Shown: positions 24,734 through 25,303 of the stretch, in pieces
Numbering within the stretch: position 1 is the stretch's first letter
How the letters are laid out: each line of letters opens with the position of its first letter
From: a virus
Lineage: Duplodnaviria; Caudoviricetes
DNA: 25,303 nucleotides
Virus record (IMG/VR): IMGVR_UViG_3300033568_000014
Location: 1 to 25,303 of that record
Direction: 5' to 3' (one strand)
Translations under genes and position numbers: made by a program
The notes under the pieces: model-generated
Told to the model about the DNA's origin: nothing
The model's input: only the letters and a program-made list of their open reading frames with translations
Database searches by the model: none

Positions 24734-25241
24734 CCGACTCGCCCCCCATGGCCCGCAGCGTGGCATTGACTTCCTCGTCCACCATGGCGGCGATCTCAGG
24801 TCCGACCCGAGCCCGGAGCCGGGGAGCGATGGCCAGCAGCTGCGCCTTCGCCCCCTGGATCATGGAGGCCCTTCTTTCCTTATACAGGCTGACGGTCACC
24901 AGCTCCCGCCGCCGCTCCGCCAGCTTCAACTCCGCCATTTCCGCGTCGGCGGCCTTTTTGCGCGTCTCGGCCTCATCCATCGCCATGGTGCCGGCGCGGG
25001 CAGCGGCCTGAGCCTGGGCTTTACCGGCTTCCCGCTCCATAAGCCAACGGACAAGGGATGGGATGTTCCAAATAATCACCTCCCCGCCGCGTCCATGGCC
25101 CTTTTGAACCTCGTGAGGGGCACCCTCCCCGATCAATTTCGACATCCACTGGGGCGTCCAGCCCATCAGCCTTGCGGCGTCCCTTGTCGGCAAATCGGTT
25201 GAAATCGAGGGGATTTTTGGCATTTGTCCAACTAATTCCAT
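24711..25241 (-). CDS. terS: Terminase small subunit, Nu1-like
   Basis: N-terminal winged HTH (AARLMGWTPQWMSKL..EGAP), coiled coil RKKAADAEMAELKLAE...ELV, then LLAIAPRL. Start may be 25223 instead. Confidence 0.9.
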   Translation of the reverse strand: MELVGQMPKIPSISTDLPTRDAARLMGWTPQWMSKLIGEGAPHEVQKGHGRGGEVIIWNIPSLVRWLMEREAGKAQAQAAARAGTMAMDEAETRKKAADAEMAELKLAERRRELVTVSLYKERRASMIQGAKAQLLAIAPRLRARVGPEIAAMVDEEVNATLRAMGGESDGLPDSP

Positions 25242-25303
25242 GAAAATAAAGCAACTTTATTAGAAAATACTTTCACTAACGCAGCGTCGCGGCTCCGAAG
25301 ACC
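25241..25303. promoter_or_regulatory. AT-rich putative cos/packaging-origin region
   Basis: Strongly AT-rich tract directly upstream of terS with the inverted repeat AATAAAG-CAA-CTTTATT (25245-25261), then a GC-rich end. This is where cos lies in lambda-type phages. Confidence 0.45.

Larger units (their letters stand above)
1..25303 (-). mobile_element. Tailed phage/prophage late region (lambda-like packaging, HK97-fold head, P2-like contractile tail, lysis)
   Basis: Continuous minus-strand run of more than 35 ORFs, mostly joined by ATGA/TGATG overlaps, in canonical terminase-portal-capsid-tail-baseplate-fibre-lysis order. Confidence 0.97.

Noticed and set aside
2385-24766. Longer upstream starts given by the track (2468, 2848, 3228, 4370, 9797, 17276, 18908, 20763, 22757, 24766)
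   Set aside because: Most overlap the upstream gene. The downstream starts mostly have an RBS and/or a stop-start overlap and give family-typical N-termini.
1-25303. tRNA, rRNA, intrinsic terminators, introns/inteins, stop-codon reassignment
   Set aside because: No cloverleaf or hairpin-plus-U-tract seen. Core genes are of normal length and uninterrupted under the standard code.

Overview
The whole window is one GC-rich, tightly coupled minus-strand late (virion and lysis) region of a tailed dsDNA phage or prophage with a contractile tail. Read from the right end, it contains an AT-rich putative cos/packaging region, terminase small and large subunits (lambda Nu1/gpA type), a gpW-like adaptor and a lambda-type portal. 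Next come an HK97-type protease fused in frame to the major capsid protein, decoration and neck genes, and a P2-like tail: sheath, tube, chaperone with a -1 frameshift, tape measure, then U, X, D, V, W/gp25, J, I and a Gly-rich fibre. A lysis block (holin-like, lytic transglycosylase, spanin-like) follows, then an adaptor plus collagen-like fibre, and a truncated metallophosphoesterase. The most unusual items: (1) a three-gene cassette inserted between baseplate W and J, where an extended gp25 ending in DGGTF precedes an Mtd-N-like mini-adaptor, a beta-rich protein and a ConA-like lectin, all ending in GG-aromatic motifs; (2) a 23-bp motif present in the only two sizeable intergenic gaps; (3) an internal RBS+ATG in the protease-capsid fusion; (4) a proline-free collagen with a synonymously scrambled duplication. 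All family assignments come from motif recognition and synteny by eye; no database search was run. No integrase, att site or host gene is visible, so prophage versus free phage cannot be decided.
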